Source: Pachysolen tannophilus NRRL Y-2460
Lineage: Eukaryota
DNA length: 63,850 nucleotides
Reading direction: 5' to 3'
Assembly (NCBI GenBank): GCA_001661245.1
Contig: KV454018.1
Span: 183,944 to 247,793, forward strand
The position numbers were made by a program, and so were the translations under genes. Of this stretch, positions 23,244 through 33,981 are shown piece by piece (the stretch's first letter is position 1; every line of letters begins with the position of its first letter). The notes beneath the pieces were generated by a model that was not told where the DNA came from, did no database searches, and saw only the letters and a list, made by a program, of their open reading frames with translations.

Positions 23244-23360
23244 TCTCCCGGGGGTGAATCGAACACCCGATCTCAAGATTACTATTTTACCCTCAATTTT
23301 GAATTGTTGAAGGTGAGAACAATTACAGTCTCGCGCCTTAGCCAACTTGGCCACCGGGAG
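23244..23360 (-). tRNA. tRNA-Tyr (anticodon GTA) with a 43-nt intron (23280-23322)
   Basis: Reverse complement CTCCCGGTGGCCAAGTTGGCTAAGGCGCGAGACTGTAA-[intron]-ATCTTGAGATCGGGTGTTCGATTCACCCCCGGGAGA resembles yeast tRNA-Tyr, with the intron at the canonical position after nt 37. Confidence 0.96.
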
Positions 23361-23563
23361 TTTATGAGTAATTGGGATAAAGCCTCTCAAATTATTTGAT
23401 GCTTTTTGTTATTTATTTTTTATTTAATTAACATTGTCTTTTAAATTAAGAAAAATAAATTAAATTAAAATAAATTTTTATTATTTATTTTAATTTATTT
23501 AATTTTTAGTAAAACAATTGTTCCAGGTTAGGTTAGGTTAGGATAAGGATTTTTTATTTGATT

Positions 23564-24205
23564 ATGGAAGAAACTAATTATAAGAAGCGTGGGCTGTTGA
23601 TTTTGATTGAAGGTCTTGATAGAACTGGGAAAACAACTCAGACAATACTGTTAATGAATAAATTATTAAATGAAAAAATTCAAGCAAATTTAATTAAATT
23701 TCCTGATAGATCTACACCAATTGGTAAATTAATTAATACTTATTTAATTGATAAAGAAACTCAATTATCTGATGAATCTGCTCATTTATTATTTAGTGCT
23801 AATCGTTGGGAATTAAAAGATAAAATTATAAATAATTTACAAGAGGGTAAAATTATAATATTAGATAGATATGTATATAGTGGTGTTGCTTATTCTTCTG
23901 CAAAAGGTTTAGATTTTAATTGGTGTTTAAATGCAGATTTAGGATTACCAAAACCTGATAAAACAATTTTTTTAAATTTAGAAAATGATCAAGATTTAAT
24001 AAATAGAAAAGGTTATGGTGAAGAAAGATATGAAGTGAAAAATTTCCAAGATAAAGTAAAATTAAAATTTACGCGTTTTTTCAATGATAAAAATTGGGAA
24101 ATAATTAAAGTTGATAATAAAACAATAGATCAAATTAGTTTAGAAATTTGGATAAAAATTAAAGATTTAATTAATGGAATTGAAAAACCTATTGAATTTT
24201 TTTAA
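23564..24205 (+). CDS. CDC8: Thymidylate kinase
   Basis: P-loop IEGLDRTGKTTQ, KFPDRSTPIG, HLLFSANRWE, DRYVYSGVAYS. First ATG at 23564. Confidence 0.97.
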   Translation: MEETNYKKRGLLILIEGLDRTGKTTQTILLMNKLLNEKIQANLIKFPDRSTPIGKLINTYLIDKETQLSDESAHLLFSANRWELKDKIINNLQEGKIIILDRYVYSGVAYSSAKGLDFNWCLNADLGLPKPDKTIFLNLENDQDLINRKGYGEERYEVKNFQDKVKLKFTRFFNDKNWEIIKVDNKTIDQISLEIWIKIKDLINGIEKPIEFF

Positions 24206-24761
24206 AGAAAAAAATAAAAAAAAATATTTAAAAAAAATTTCAATATAAAAATTATAATATATTATTAAAAACTAATATACATTTAATATAATATAAATTT
24301 AAGTAAAATTAAAAAAAGCGATAGTCTTTCTTATCTGTGAATTCACATGATTTAACGAAAAGTAAACAAGAAAAAAAAAAAAAAAAACATCAACAACAAA
24401 AAAAAAAAAAAATTAGAATTTTTCAATAAGTCTTGTTCAAAAAAAAAAAAAGAAAAAAAAAAAAAATATTGTAAACAAATTTAATAAAAAAAAAAAAATA
24501 AAATTACAAAATTAAAAAATAAAAAATAAAAAATAGAAAAAAAATAAAAAAAAAATAGAGAGTTGAGTGTTAATAATAATAATAATAAAAAAAAAAGGAA
24601 AAATAAAGAAGTAAAAGTACATAAAAAAGAAAAAAAAAAAAAAATAAAGAGGAAAATAAAAAGCCATTTACTACTAATTATTACACCAATTCGAATCTCA
24701 TTGACACACAATTCATCAATAATACTTTTCTCCTTATCAATCAATCAGATTTTCATTCTTA

Positions 24762-26016
24762 TCAGAATGAACTTGTTAAAGCATATAATGCGATAAACGT
24801 GGAAGCTGCACTACCTAATATAGGTGCATTACCGAAGATAAGTCTTAAATCAAGAGCTCCATGAAAGATATATGATTTAATAGCATAAAAAATTCCTTCA
24901 CCTGTAAATCTATAAACCAATTCATCTTTAACATCGTCAAATGAAATATCACCTTGTAAAATGATTAAAGTTAAAATCAATTTAACTAAGGAGAAAATTA
25001 ATGGATCAAAAGAATATTTATAATTCTTTAATTTCCTATTACCTTGTTTTTTTACCGCTGTAAAATTAACATAAAATGAAATAAGTAATGGAAAGAAAAT
25101 AGAAATTAAACTCCACAAGAAAATAACTGTTAAAAATGAATCATTGAAAAATGTTTCAAAATTCCAAATTGGCCAACTTAAAGTATTATATGGTAAATTT
25201 TCTTTAACCAATTGTGGTACATAATATGATCTAGAAATAGTTGTCCATTCAAAATGATAATACAAAATATAGAAAAATTCGGTAAAAATTTCCAGCCCAA
25301 CAATACTAACAGGTGAACTAACTAAATCACGTACTGATTCATTTTGATCTTCAAAAAATTCTTCTAAATCATAATATTTATCAACAATTGAATCATAAAT
25401 TGATCCATAAATTTCTAAAGGTTTACTTGAAATTTTTTCAAAAAATGAAAATTTAGTGAATTTACTAAATGGACCAAGATGAGATTCCTCCGAGACTGCT
25501 TCAAAACCATTAGCAGTTTCATCTTCTGAAGATTCAGCTTGAGTAACTTCTTCTTCAACTTCATCATCGGTACTTGCACCAGAACCAATGCTATTTTCAG
25601 AAACATCTAAATTTTTTGAAGGAGTGGATGGAAACTTCAACGAACTTGCAAGTTGCTTCAAAGGTGAACTTTTTGATGGACTTCTATTCTTATGGCTCGA
25701 AACATATTTCGAGACAATTGGACTGACATCCGGATTTTGAACAATAAAATTTCCCAATTTTTCAATATAAACTTGTTTCAAATCTGTTTCCAAGAATTGA
25801 TTACTAAAGGTATTGAAAAAAATAAAAAAAAAAAAAAAAAATAAAAATTGTCAGTAAATAAATCAATTATATTTTGATAAGCGCGTTTAATATAATTGCG
25901 CACAGACAAAAAGATAGAGATACAAATAAATTAAAAAAAAAAGATACTCACCTTAAACCCAATTCTTCAGCCAATTCTTGAAGATCAACTTTTCTTAACT
26001 TTTTAATGCTACTCAT
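24762..26016 (-). CDS. GTT3: Gtt3-like membrane protein; exon 1 26016-25952, intron 25951-25804, exon 2 25803-24762
   Basis: GTGAGT donor, TACTGAC branch (25856-25850) and poly-T/TAG acceptor. Splicing gives in-frame MSSIKKLRKVDLQELAEELGLSNQFLETD..., matching the Gtt3-type N-terminus (KxDLxxLAxxL). C-terminal TMs include FYVNF...FDPLIFSLVKLIL. Confidence 0.75.
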
Positions 26017-26570
26017 CTTTTTTTTATTTTTTCAATTTTAATTATAACCAAATAAGTATTTATATATATAAAAATTAATTTTAAATATATATGATATATA
26101 TTATTTTATTGTTTGTTAATAAATAATAAAATATAAACAAATATAATAAAATGAGGAAATAAAGGAAAGAAAGGAAGTACAAGAAAAACAACAAAATGAG
26201 AATTTCTAAAATGTAAACAACTTTTTTTTTTTTTGGTTTTTTAATTTTTGGTTTTTTTTTGGTTTTGCGGCACTTTCTTTTGTTTTGCTTTAACTCCAGT
26301 GGGAGAACAACAAAAAGTAAGTAATAGTCCAAAAACCGACAGATAGATTTCAAAGATGCGTCAGAACAGTGTCAGAACAGCATAAACTAAAGTTTTAAGT
26401 GCTGTACAAGAGTATGTATACAAGAGTACACAAACACAAAAGGGGGTACCAAAAACAAAAGCAAAAACAAAAGCAAAAACAAAAACAAACACAAACACAA
26501 AAGCAAAAGCAAAAGCAAAAAAAAACAAAAGAAAAAAGACAATTGCGCTTTGCTTTATTATTTCTTATTG

Positions 26571-28607
26571 TCATACTGTTGAGCGTTGACGTGTAGAGTC
26601 TTCTTCGTCATCTATTTCATTCATAAGAAACGCCGGTACTAAAGCGCAAATTGCAATTCCTGATAAGGACCACCATGTAACCCAAGAAACCTGATGCTCA
26701 TCACTCCAACTCATGACGTAACCCCAAACCATTGGCAGTACACATCTAGCTAGTGCGCAAACAGATAAAGTTGTACCGTTAACAAATGCTCTGTTTTTCA
26801 GAGGGGATGCCCTATGGATTAACAACATTATCTGCGGGAAGCATATTGAGTTTGGAAGAACTTTAAAAAAAGCGAGTATGTACAAGAAAGCCTTTGTGTA
26901 GGCCAATGATGGTAAATTTGGAGGTAAGGTGAAAACTAAAAATGGAATAAATAGATAAACAAATGGCGGGATGCAAGAGACTGCTCTATAAGTAGCCACT
27001 GGTGCGTAGTTTCTATCCAAGTATGGGTATAAGAATATGACAATCATAACCCCAATTGTTCCTGTAACTGTTAAAAGGTTACCAACGTCTGTAGGGTTAA
27101 AACTTAAACCTCCCATTATCTTGAAGGGAAATTTTGAAAGTAAAGGTGATGATAAATCTCCATTAACGATTCTTGCAGTTTTCGAGGCCAAGAAAACGGG
27201 CAAGAATTCATCAACCACTGTACCATGTAGTGAGAGCATAAAGTTGGAACTTATGGCTTTAAAGACAGAAGGTGAAAGTAAAACTTTCCACTCATAAGTT
27301 CCCCTGTTTTCTTCTAGTTCTTCTTTTAACAGGTTTGACTGTAAAGAATATGTACGAATCAAGGCAAGAGATTGTCTTCTTGATAATGGGCCTATGGAAT
27401 GCACCGAATCGGCAGAATCTGTACTCAGGATTGAATCCGCATCGCTTGAGCCCATGGTTGTGGCATCCTCGTCATCGTCTATATCAAAAGTTTGATGTTC
27501 GCGGTCACACTCACGTTCACGTTCACGGTCACTCTCCCGATGCTCCAAACGTCCTTGATCTTCCTGTTCTTCTTGCTCTAATAACGGCGTGGTTTCCCGC
27601 GCTTCAAGTGATGTTTTCCCAACATTAACACCAAACGAAGAACCTCTTCCTAAACTACCTATATTTCTTGTAATACTATCACGGTGGGTGGCTGGAACTC
27701 TTTTTATTGTCTGTGGTAAAGAACCACTACCATTATAATTATCTAAAGTAGACGAAATTGTTCTTGCAATACTGTCACCATTAGTATTACTATTACGCAC
27801 CAATAATGAGGGTCTTCTCCCAGCAGGAACTTGTTGTTGTTGTTGTTGTTGAGCAGTATACAGCGGCTGCCAAGGACGTATTGAAGGTTGGAACCCAAGT
27901 TTTCTCAACAAGATATCTCCAAGTTCAACTCCATAATCTTTTTGGAATTTTTTCTGATAATGAGTTTCTTCAAAAAATAAGAAACAAATGGTTGCACTTA
28001 AAAATAATCCAATAGCTACTACAATATTAGATAATGCATATGGATATTTTTCTAGTAAATCAAAACTTCTTTTTGAAATTTTTTTTTCAACATCATTCTT
28101 CACTAAATATCCACTCATTGGACCTATAATACACCCCACCTGCCAAAGTAATGGCATTGTCGAAAATGCAATGGCTTGATGTCTTTTCTCCGTGGCAATT
28201 TCACCAAGTACAGTTCTAATAACCGCAACGTTACCATTTACAGCACCCATCATTGATCTTGCAAATAATGCCATATAATAATTTTTAGAAAATCCAAATA
28301 TCAACATACTTATCCCAGTCAATATCAATCCAGTCATCAACACTTTCTTCCTTCCAATCATATCTGATAAATGACCCCAATGAATCGAACATAAAAATTG
28401 ACAAAATGCAAATGAAGAAGATAAATAACCAACATACTTTGATATATCCGCTGGATCCTTAGCTATTCCAAAATCTCGCACCATAAAATATACATAGGGA
28501 AACAAAGATGTAAATGCAATCGGTTCAGCAAACCTAATAATACATATAACCACAATTTTCCATACAGGAAATCCTCTCATTTGTTCTTTAAAAGTTAGCT
28601 TCGTCAT
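26571..28607 (-). CDS. MFS transporter, YCR023C-like
   Basis: MTKLTFKEQMRGFPVWKIVVICIIRFAEPIAFTSLFPYVYFMVRDF, MFS motif A (WGHLSDMIGRKKV) and a long central loop. Confidence 0.88.
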   Translation of the reverse strand: MTKLTFKEQMRGFPVWKIVVICIIRFAEPIAFTSLFPYVYFMVRDFGIAKDPADISKYVGYLSSSFAFCQFLCSIHWGHLSDMIGRKKVLMTGLILTGISMLIFGFSKNYYMALFARSMMGAVNGNVAVIRTVLGEIATEKRHQAIAFSTMPLLWQVGCIIGPMSGYLVKNDVEKKISKRSFDLLEKYPYALSNIVVAIGLFLSATICFLFFEETHYQKKFQKDYGVELGDILLRKLGFQPSIRPWQPLYTAQQQQQQQVPAGRRPSLLVRNSNTNGDSIARTISSTLDNYNGSGSLPQTIKRVPATHRDSITRNIGSLGRGSSFGVNVGKTSLEARETTPLLEQEEQEDQGRLEHRESDRERERECDREHQTFDIDDDEDATTMGSSDADSILSTDSADSVHSIGPLSRRQSLALIRTYSLQSNLLKEELEENRGTYEWKVLLSPSVFKAISSNFMLSLHGTVVDEFLPVFLASKTARIVNGDLSSPLLSKFPFKIMGGLSFNPTDVGNLLTVTGTIGVMIVIFLYPYLDRNYAPVATYRAVSCIPPFVYLFIPFLVFTLPPNLPSLAYTKAFLYILAFFKVLPNSICFPQIMLLIHRASPLKNRAFVNGTTLSVCALARCVLPMVWGYVMSWSDEHQVSWVTWWSLSGIAICALVPAFLMNEIDDEEDSTRQRSTV

Positions 28608-29029
28608 TTTTTTTCACCACCACCAAATAAATGTATAATATATATAAAAAACGAAAAAAAAAAAAAAAAAATAGCAACAGCAAGATAATTTGTTCTATTC
28701 TAACCTCTTAACTATTCATCACCTATCAGGTTTATAACATCCAATCTCTTCAACACCAATAAAAGAAAAATAAAACTCATATCTTCTTTCCATTTTATTC
28801 ATCGGTCAAAAACACGTAACTAAAATCCAAAACAGCAGACATAAATTCTGACACAGTAGTGTGATCCAGTACAAATGAGGTAAAGTAAAGTAATAAGAGT
28901 TGTTTTTATAAGGGAAAAGCATTTAAATGATAGTTTTATAAAGTGTGTGTGTATATCAAATTGTAAGGAATTTGTATTGATGATTGGGTGTTTAGTTTAG
29001 AAGGATTTGTTTGTTGTTGAGAGAAGAGA

Positions 29030-30349
29030 ATGCCAGAGATGTCACTGTCACCATTGATTAGTCTGTATGTGAGACTTGAGGAAGATTTTTATAAATTGAC
29101 GAAATGTAAATTGAATTCAAAAGGTTTATCATCATTAATGATTAAACAATTGATTTTACAAAGTTATTCACCAAAGATTTCAGTTCTTTCAACACCTTTA
29201 GCCAATGAATATGCTTGTAAGTTTGGGTTAAAAAATTTTTTGGAATTGTTGAATTATTTTGAAGATTCTTTATATCAACAATCTTCAATTTTAACGAATA
29301 AAGTTCATGTAAGATTTTTAAAACCTATTGATGAATTATTGAGAGATCAAGGTAAATTACAGAAATTGATAAATGATAGTAAAAGAAATATTAGTGGGCT
29401 TAATTTTAAAAATAATGTTTCTACAGAATTGTTCAACTTAAATACATTAGAAGAATCATCTATAGAATTTGCTAGACATATTCAAATTTTAAAATCATCT
29501 ACATCAACAACTTCATCAACAACATCTCAACCGGATAATAATGATAATATTCTATTGCATAACTCAGCTTATTTACATACTATAGCCAAGATTTTATCAT
29601 CATCAACAATTTCACCTTTTGAAACTTTTAACCATCCAATATTACAATTATTGGTAGTTTCTGCAGAAGATACATTAGCAGATGCCAAAAAATTGAATTC
29701 AGATTGGAAATATTTAAATTATCCAAAATGGATTGATATCGATAAGATTTTACCTCTATTTGTTATTGTTGTGGATTCTAATAGTCCTGAATCTTTACAA
29801 AGGGGTTTAAATTTACAAGAACAGTTGAAATTACAATTAAATATAAGATCAATAATTTTACCATTATTAATGCCAACAGAAGAAAATAAAATTGATGAAG
29901 AAAAAGGATATGAAATAATTCATCCGCCATTGTTAGCTTCTTTAGCACAACAAGATCCGAATTTATTAAAAAATTTAAAAATTCCTACAAGGATTAAAAA
30001 TGCAATTAAAAACCTAATAGTTGATATTATAAATAAGACTTTAGTACCTTATATGAATAGAAGAGTTAATATCTTGACAGAAGAAGTTGTTAATCCAAGG
30101 AAAAGTTTTACCGGAAGATTGTTCAATGTGGGTAAAAGATGGGGGTCAGGAGCTTCTTCTTCGTCTTCTTCTTCTTTAACTGCTACACAAGGTGGTGGAT
30201 CTCAAGGTGTTGGTTATAATGCATTAGAAAATTTTTATTATCCTAAATCTAGTGAATTTTTAATTAGACAATTAGCTGATTGGCTATTTATGTTAAAAGA
30301 TTATAAAACATCATATACAACTTATGAATTATTTATATTATATTATTAA
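29030..30349 (+). pseudogene. TRS85: TRAPPIII subunit Trs85, N-terminal 434 codons, truncated at an inversion breakpoint
   Basis: Trs85 motifs PFETFNHPI and IRQLADWLFMLKDYKTSYTTYEL. Homology ends at 30331 and is followed by the AT-rich junk tail FILYY*. Confidence 0.82.
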
Positions 30350-30700
30350 TTTATTATTTAATTAGTTATATGTTAACTTAACTGGCCCATGAATTATCTA
30401 ACATAAAATTTGTTAAAAAAAAAAAAATTTGTTCTCGCGCAAAATTTCACATTTTTCATTTTGCCTTAAAAACTGGTTAAAATTTCTATACATTTCATGA
30501 GACAGATAACCGAAAAGGAATACGTAGAGAACGGGGCGTGAAAAACTGCGGGAAGGGTTGATATTGATGCTGCTTTTAATGTAGGTTGGTAGATAGATAG
30601 GTAGGTAGGTACATGATGGTCTACAATTTCATGTTTACTTTTAACTAAAATTACAACTAGATATATATATGAATATATATATATATAATTTTTATTTTTA

Positions 30701-31342
30701 TTATATCTTAATTTCTTCAAATTGTCGTATTGCCAATTTAAACCACAATTCCGATTTTCTATGTCTAGTAAAGCCTAAAATCTCATAATTTTCCTTTTCA
30801 TAGTTTTTCTTTAAAAAATTTGGAACTTGTTGATCTTGTTCTTCTGTTGTCATGGTTGTCATGATTTCAGTTCGTTGTTTGATAGTGGCTGGTGATAAAT
30901 AATAGTAATTATCATAAACGTAGCTGATTCTTTCCATCAAGTAAGACTTGTTGAGGTTATCTATCAAATTGTTATCAATTACTTTGTTAAACAATGTGAC
31001 TGCTTCTTCACAATAGAAACTATTGTTTAAATTACTATGATTATAGAATTGATTTGATTCGGTTAAAGTTATGAATAATTCACCAATGATTATTAAAGAT
31101 CTTAATGAAAAAGTCTTTAAATAACATCTTGAAGTGTAAGAATAATGCAAAGAATCAACCATTGGAACAATCAAATCGTCTATGATCTTCGATGTGATAC
31201 CATTGTTGTTATTAGAATTAGCAGTTACCGTAGTGGTATTATTAAATTTATTACTTGCTCCAATTAATAAACTGATAATCATAAATTCTTGTAATGATGC
31301 CAAATAATTCCATGATTTTTCATTAAGAAAATCTTTTTTCAA
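30701..31342 (-). pseudogene. TRS85: Trs85 C-terminal 213 codons, inverted relative to the N-terminal part
   Basis: Starts LKKDFLNEKSWNYLASLQE, the direct continuation of the Trs85 motif ...YELLKKDF.N.K.W.YLAS.QE. Ends with G.TR.RKS.LW; it has no natural ATG start. Confidence 0.82.
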
Positions 31343-31419
31343 GAGAAGTTTAACTGAGGTCAATCAGGTTATAAGATTTCTTTATATTGATTATTTAGTT
31401 ATAAGGAAAGGATAAAAAA

Positions 31420-33294
31420 ATGAAATATTCGTTGATTTCTGTTATTTGTTGTTTCTATTATTTATCAACGCTTACTGCAGGGTTTTATTTGCCAGGTGTT
31501 GCTCCGTCAACTTATGGTAAGAATGATAATGTTCCATTGTTAGTTAATCATATTACTCCATCATCTAAGTATGAGAATACTGATTCGAAGACGTTTGTTT
31601 ATTCTTATGATTATTATTTTCCAAGGTTTCATTTTTGCCAACCTGAAGGTGGTCCAAAAAAACAGTCTGAATCTTTAGGTTCAATTATCTTTGGTGATAG
31701 AATTTTTAATTCTCCATTTCAAATTAATATGTTAGTTAATAAGACTTGTGAGAAGTTATGTACTGCTACATATTCAAAGACTGATGCCATTTTTGTTAAT
31801 AGAAACATTAGGGCTGGTTTCCAACATAATTGGTTGATTGATGGTTTACCTGTTGCTAGAGATATGTTTGATAAAAAGACTAGTACTGAGTTTTATGGTG
31901 CTGGATTCCCAATTGGTTCAGTTGATGACTCGGTTTCACATTTGAGTAACCATTATGAGTTGATTATTGAGTACCATCAAAGAGGCGAAAATGAATATAG
32001 AGTTGTTGGTGCAACTGTTAATCCATACTCAATTGAAAGAACTGAACAAGATTTCTCCTGTGATGTTGCCGATGTTAATGCTGTAAGATTGGACCAAAGT
32101 AAAGATACAGATGTGGTCTTTTCTTACTCTGTTGTATTTGTTCCTTCCTCGACAGCATGGGCAACAAGATGGGATAAATATTTGCACGTTTATGACCCAA
32201 AGATTCAATGGTTCTCCTTAGTTAATTTTTCAATTATTGTGATCTTGTTATCCTTGATTATGTCTCATATCTTACTTAAGACTTTAAGAAATGATATACA
32301 GAGGTACAATGAAGTTAACTTGGATGAAGATATAATTGATGAAATGGGCTGGAAATTGGTTCATGGTGATGTTTTCAGATCTCCAAAGAATAGAATGCTC
32401 TTGTCAGTCTTTGTTGGTTCAGGTATCCAGATTTTCTTGATGACTTTGGTCACCATATTCTTTGCGTTATTAGGTTTATTGTCACCATCAAATAGAGGTT
32501 CTTTGGGTACTGTTATGTTTTTACTCTTTGCTGTCTTTGGTTCCATCGGTTCATTTGCTTCTGCTTATTTGTACAAATTTTTCAACGGTGATAATTGGAA
32601 ATTAAATATGATCTTATCACCTCTTGTTGTTCCAGGTGCCTTATTTGTCTGCTTCGTCTTATTAAATTTCTTTTTAATCTTTGTTCATTCTTCAGGAGCT
32701 GTCCCAGTTGGAACAATGTTTGCTATAATATTTATTTGGTTCCTTGTTAATGTCCCATTATCAGTTGCCGGAAGCTTATTTGCCTACAAGAGACCTGCAA
32801 TGAAATTACCTGTTAAAGTTAACCAGATCCCAAGACAAATTCCAAAACAACCATGGTATTTGAGAACTTTACCATTAGCTTTAATTGCCGGAATTTTCCC
32901 ATTCGGTTCAATTGCCATTGAAATGTACTTTATCTATAATTCTCTTTGGTTCAACAGAATTTATTACATGTTTGGATTCTTGTTTTTCTGTTTTATCCTT
33001 ATGATTGTCACTACAGTCTTGGTTACAATATTATTGATCTATTACACCTTGTGTAATGAAAACTATAAATGGCACTGGAAGTCGTTTTTCATTGGTGGCG
33101 GTGTTGCAGTCTACATCTTCATTCATTCGATATTATTATCAAGGTTTAAATTAGGCGGATTCTCGTCATTTGTATTATACTTTGGTTATTCAAGTATTAT
33201 CAGTTTATTAGTAGGAATTGTTTGTGGTACTGTTGGATTCCTTGGATCATTACTATTCGTGCTAAGAATCTATGATGCTATCAAGATTGATTGA
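31420..33294 (+). CDS. EMP70: Transmembrane-9 (nonaspanin) protein Emp70/Tmn2
   Basis: Signal peptide then FYLPGVAP, SESLGSIIFGDRIFNSPF, WATRWDKYL, GWKLVHGDVFR, C-terminal IKID. Confidence 0.93.
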   Translation: MKYSLISVICCFYYLSTLTAGFYLPGVAPSTYGKNDNVPLLVNHITPSSKYENTDSKTFVYSYDYYFPRFHFCQPEGGPKKQSESLGSIIFGDRIFNSPFQINMLVNKTCEKLCTATYSKTDAIFVNRNIRAGFQHNWLIDGLPVARDMFDKKTSTEFYGAGFPIGSVDDSVSHLSNHYELIIEYHQRGENEYRVVGATVNPYSIERTEQDFSCDVADVNAVRLDQSKDTDVVFSYSVVFVPSSTAWATRWDKYLHVYDPKIQWFSLVNFSIIVILLSLIMSHILLKTLRNDIQRYNEVNLDEDIIDEMGWKLVHGDVFRSPKNRMLLSVFVGSGIQIFLMTLVTIFFALLGLLSPSNRGSLGTVMFLLFAVFGSIGSFASAYLYKFFNGDNWKLNMILSPLVVPGALFVCFVLLNFFLIFVHSSGAVPVGTMFAIIFIWFLVNVPLSVAGSLFAYKRPAMKLPVKVNQIPRQIPKQPWYLRTLPLALIAGIFPFGSIAIEMYFIYNSLWFNRIYYMFGFLFFCFILMIVTTVLVTILLIYYTLCNENYKWHWKSFFIGGGVAVYIFIHSILLSRFKLGGFSSFVLYFGYSSIISLLVGIVCGTVGFLGSLLFVLRIYDAIKID

Positions 33295-33981
33295 ATTACT
33301 TTCTCTGACTATAAATCAGTGAAAAATATATAATACAAGCCGCTGTAGAATTAGACTCATTTTATACAAAAGAAATGATTGACAGAAATGAAAATTTGAA
33401 CAAAAAAAAAAAGAAAAAAATAAACCAAACTAAAACTAAAAAACTAATAATACATTCAGGTAACAATATTTCTTTTATTTATGCTGATTGTTTTTCAATC
33501 GTTGATGTATAAGCTGTAAACGAAATTTCATATTTCGTTGCTTATTGCTGCTTAACCATTCTTTGTTTGAAAATAAAATCAATAACATTAGTCAAATAAA
33601 TATTTCTTTTTAGTTAGTTAGTTAGTTAGTTAGTTAGTATATATTATGTGTTTTATACTTCTCTTCAGATGGATATATTAAATAAAGATTTATTTTTTTA
33701 TTTATTTCAAATTTGTATTTTACGATTTCATTTAAACAAAAATCAACCCATCCAGTTTAAAAATGGAATTATAAATATAAAAAACAAATAACCTATAATA
33801 CAACAAAAAAATTTATAAGTTTTTGGAAAACACTAAAAGGAAATAATAAATGAAATAAAAAAACAAATAAAGTTCAAAAAAAAAAGAAAAAACCTCCAAG
33901 TTAATGAATATTATTATTATTAATTTGAGCAATCAATAAATATTGTTACAACATAAATAATACGTAATTGTAGTTCTAGTT

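Noticed and set aside
23525..23542. (TTAGG)n telomere-like repeat upstream of CDC8
   Set aside because: Only about 3.5 units, and similar simple repeats (TTAG at ~33610, CAAAT at ~4106) occur throughout the intergenic DNA.
24206..24700. Extremely A-rich tract as a possible centromere, and the ORFs called within it
   Set aside because: It is a convergent terminator region between CDC8 and GTT3 with no CDEI/CDEIII or flanking repeats. The poly-K/F ORFs are low-complexity artefacts.
26450..26530. (CAAAAR)n repeat ORF encoding QKQKQK
   Set aside because: Simple hexamer microsatellite in the 3' flank of the MFS gene; a similar tract lies at ~21115-21160.
30332..31342. Trans-splicing or recombinase-driven flip-flop (MAT-type) explanation of the TRS85 split
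   Set aside because: No GT donor or AG acceptor at the junctions, no flanking inverted repeats beyond 2 bp, and no MAT or recombinase genes in the window. Not supportable without read data.
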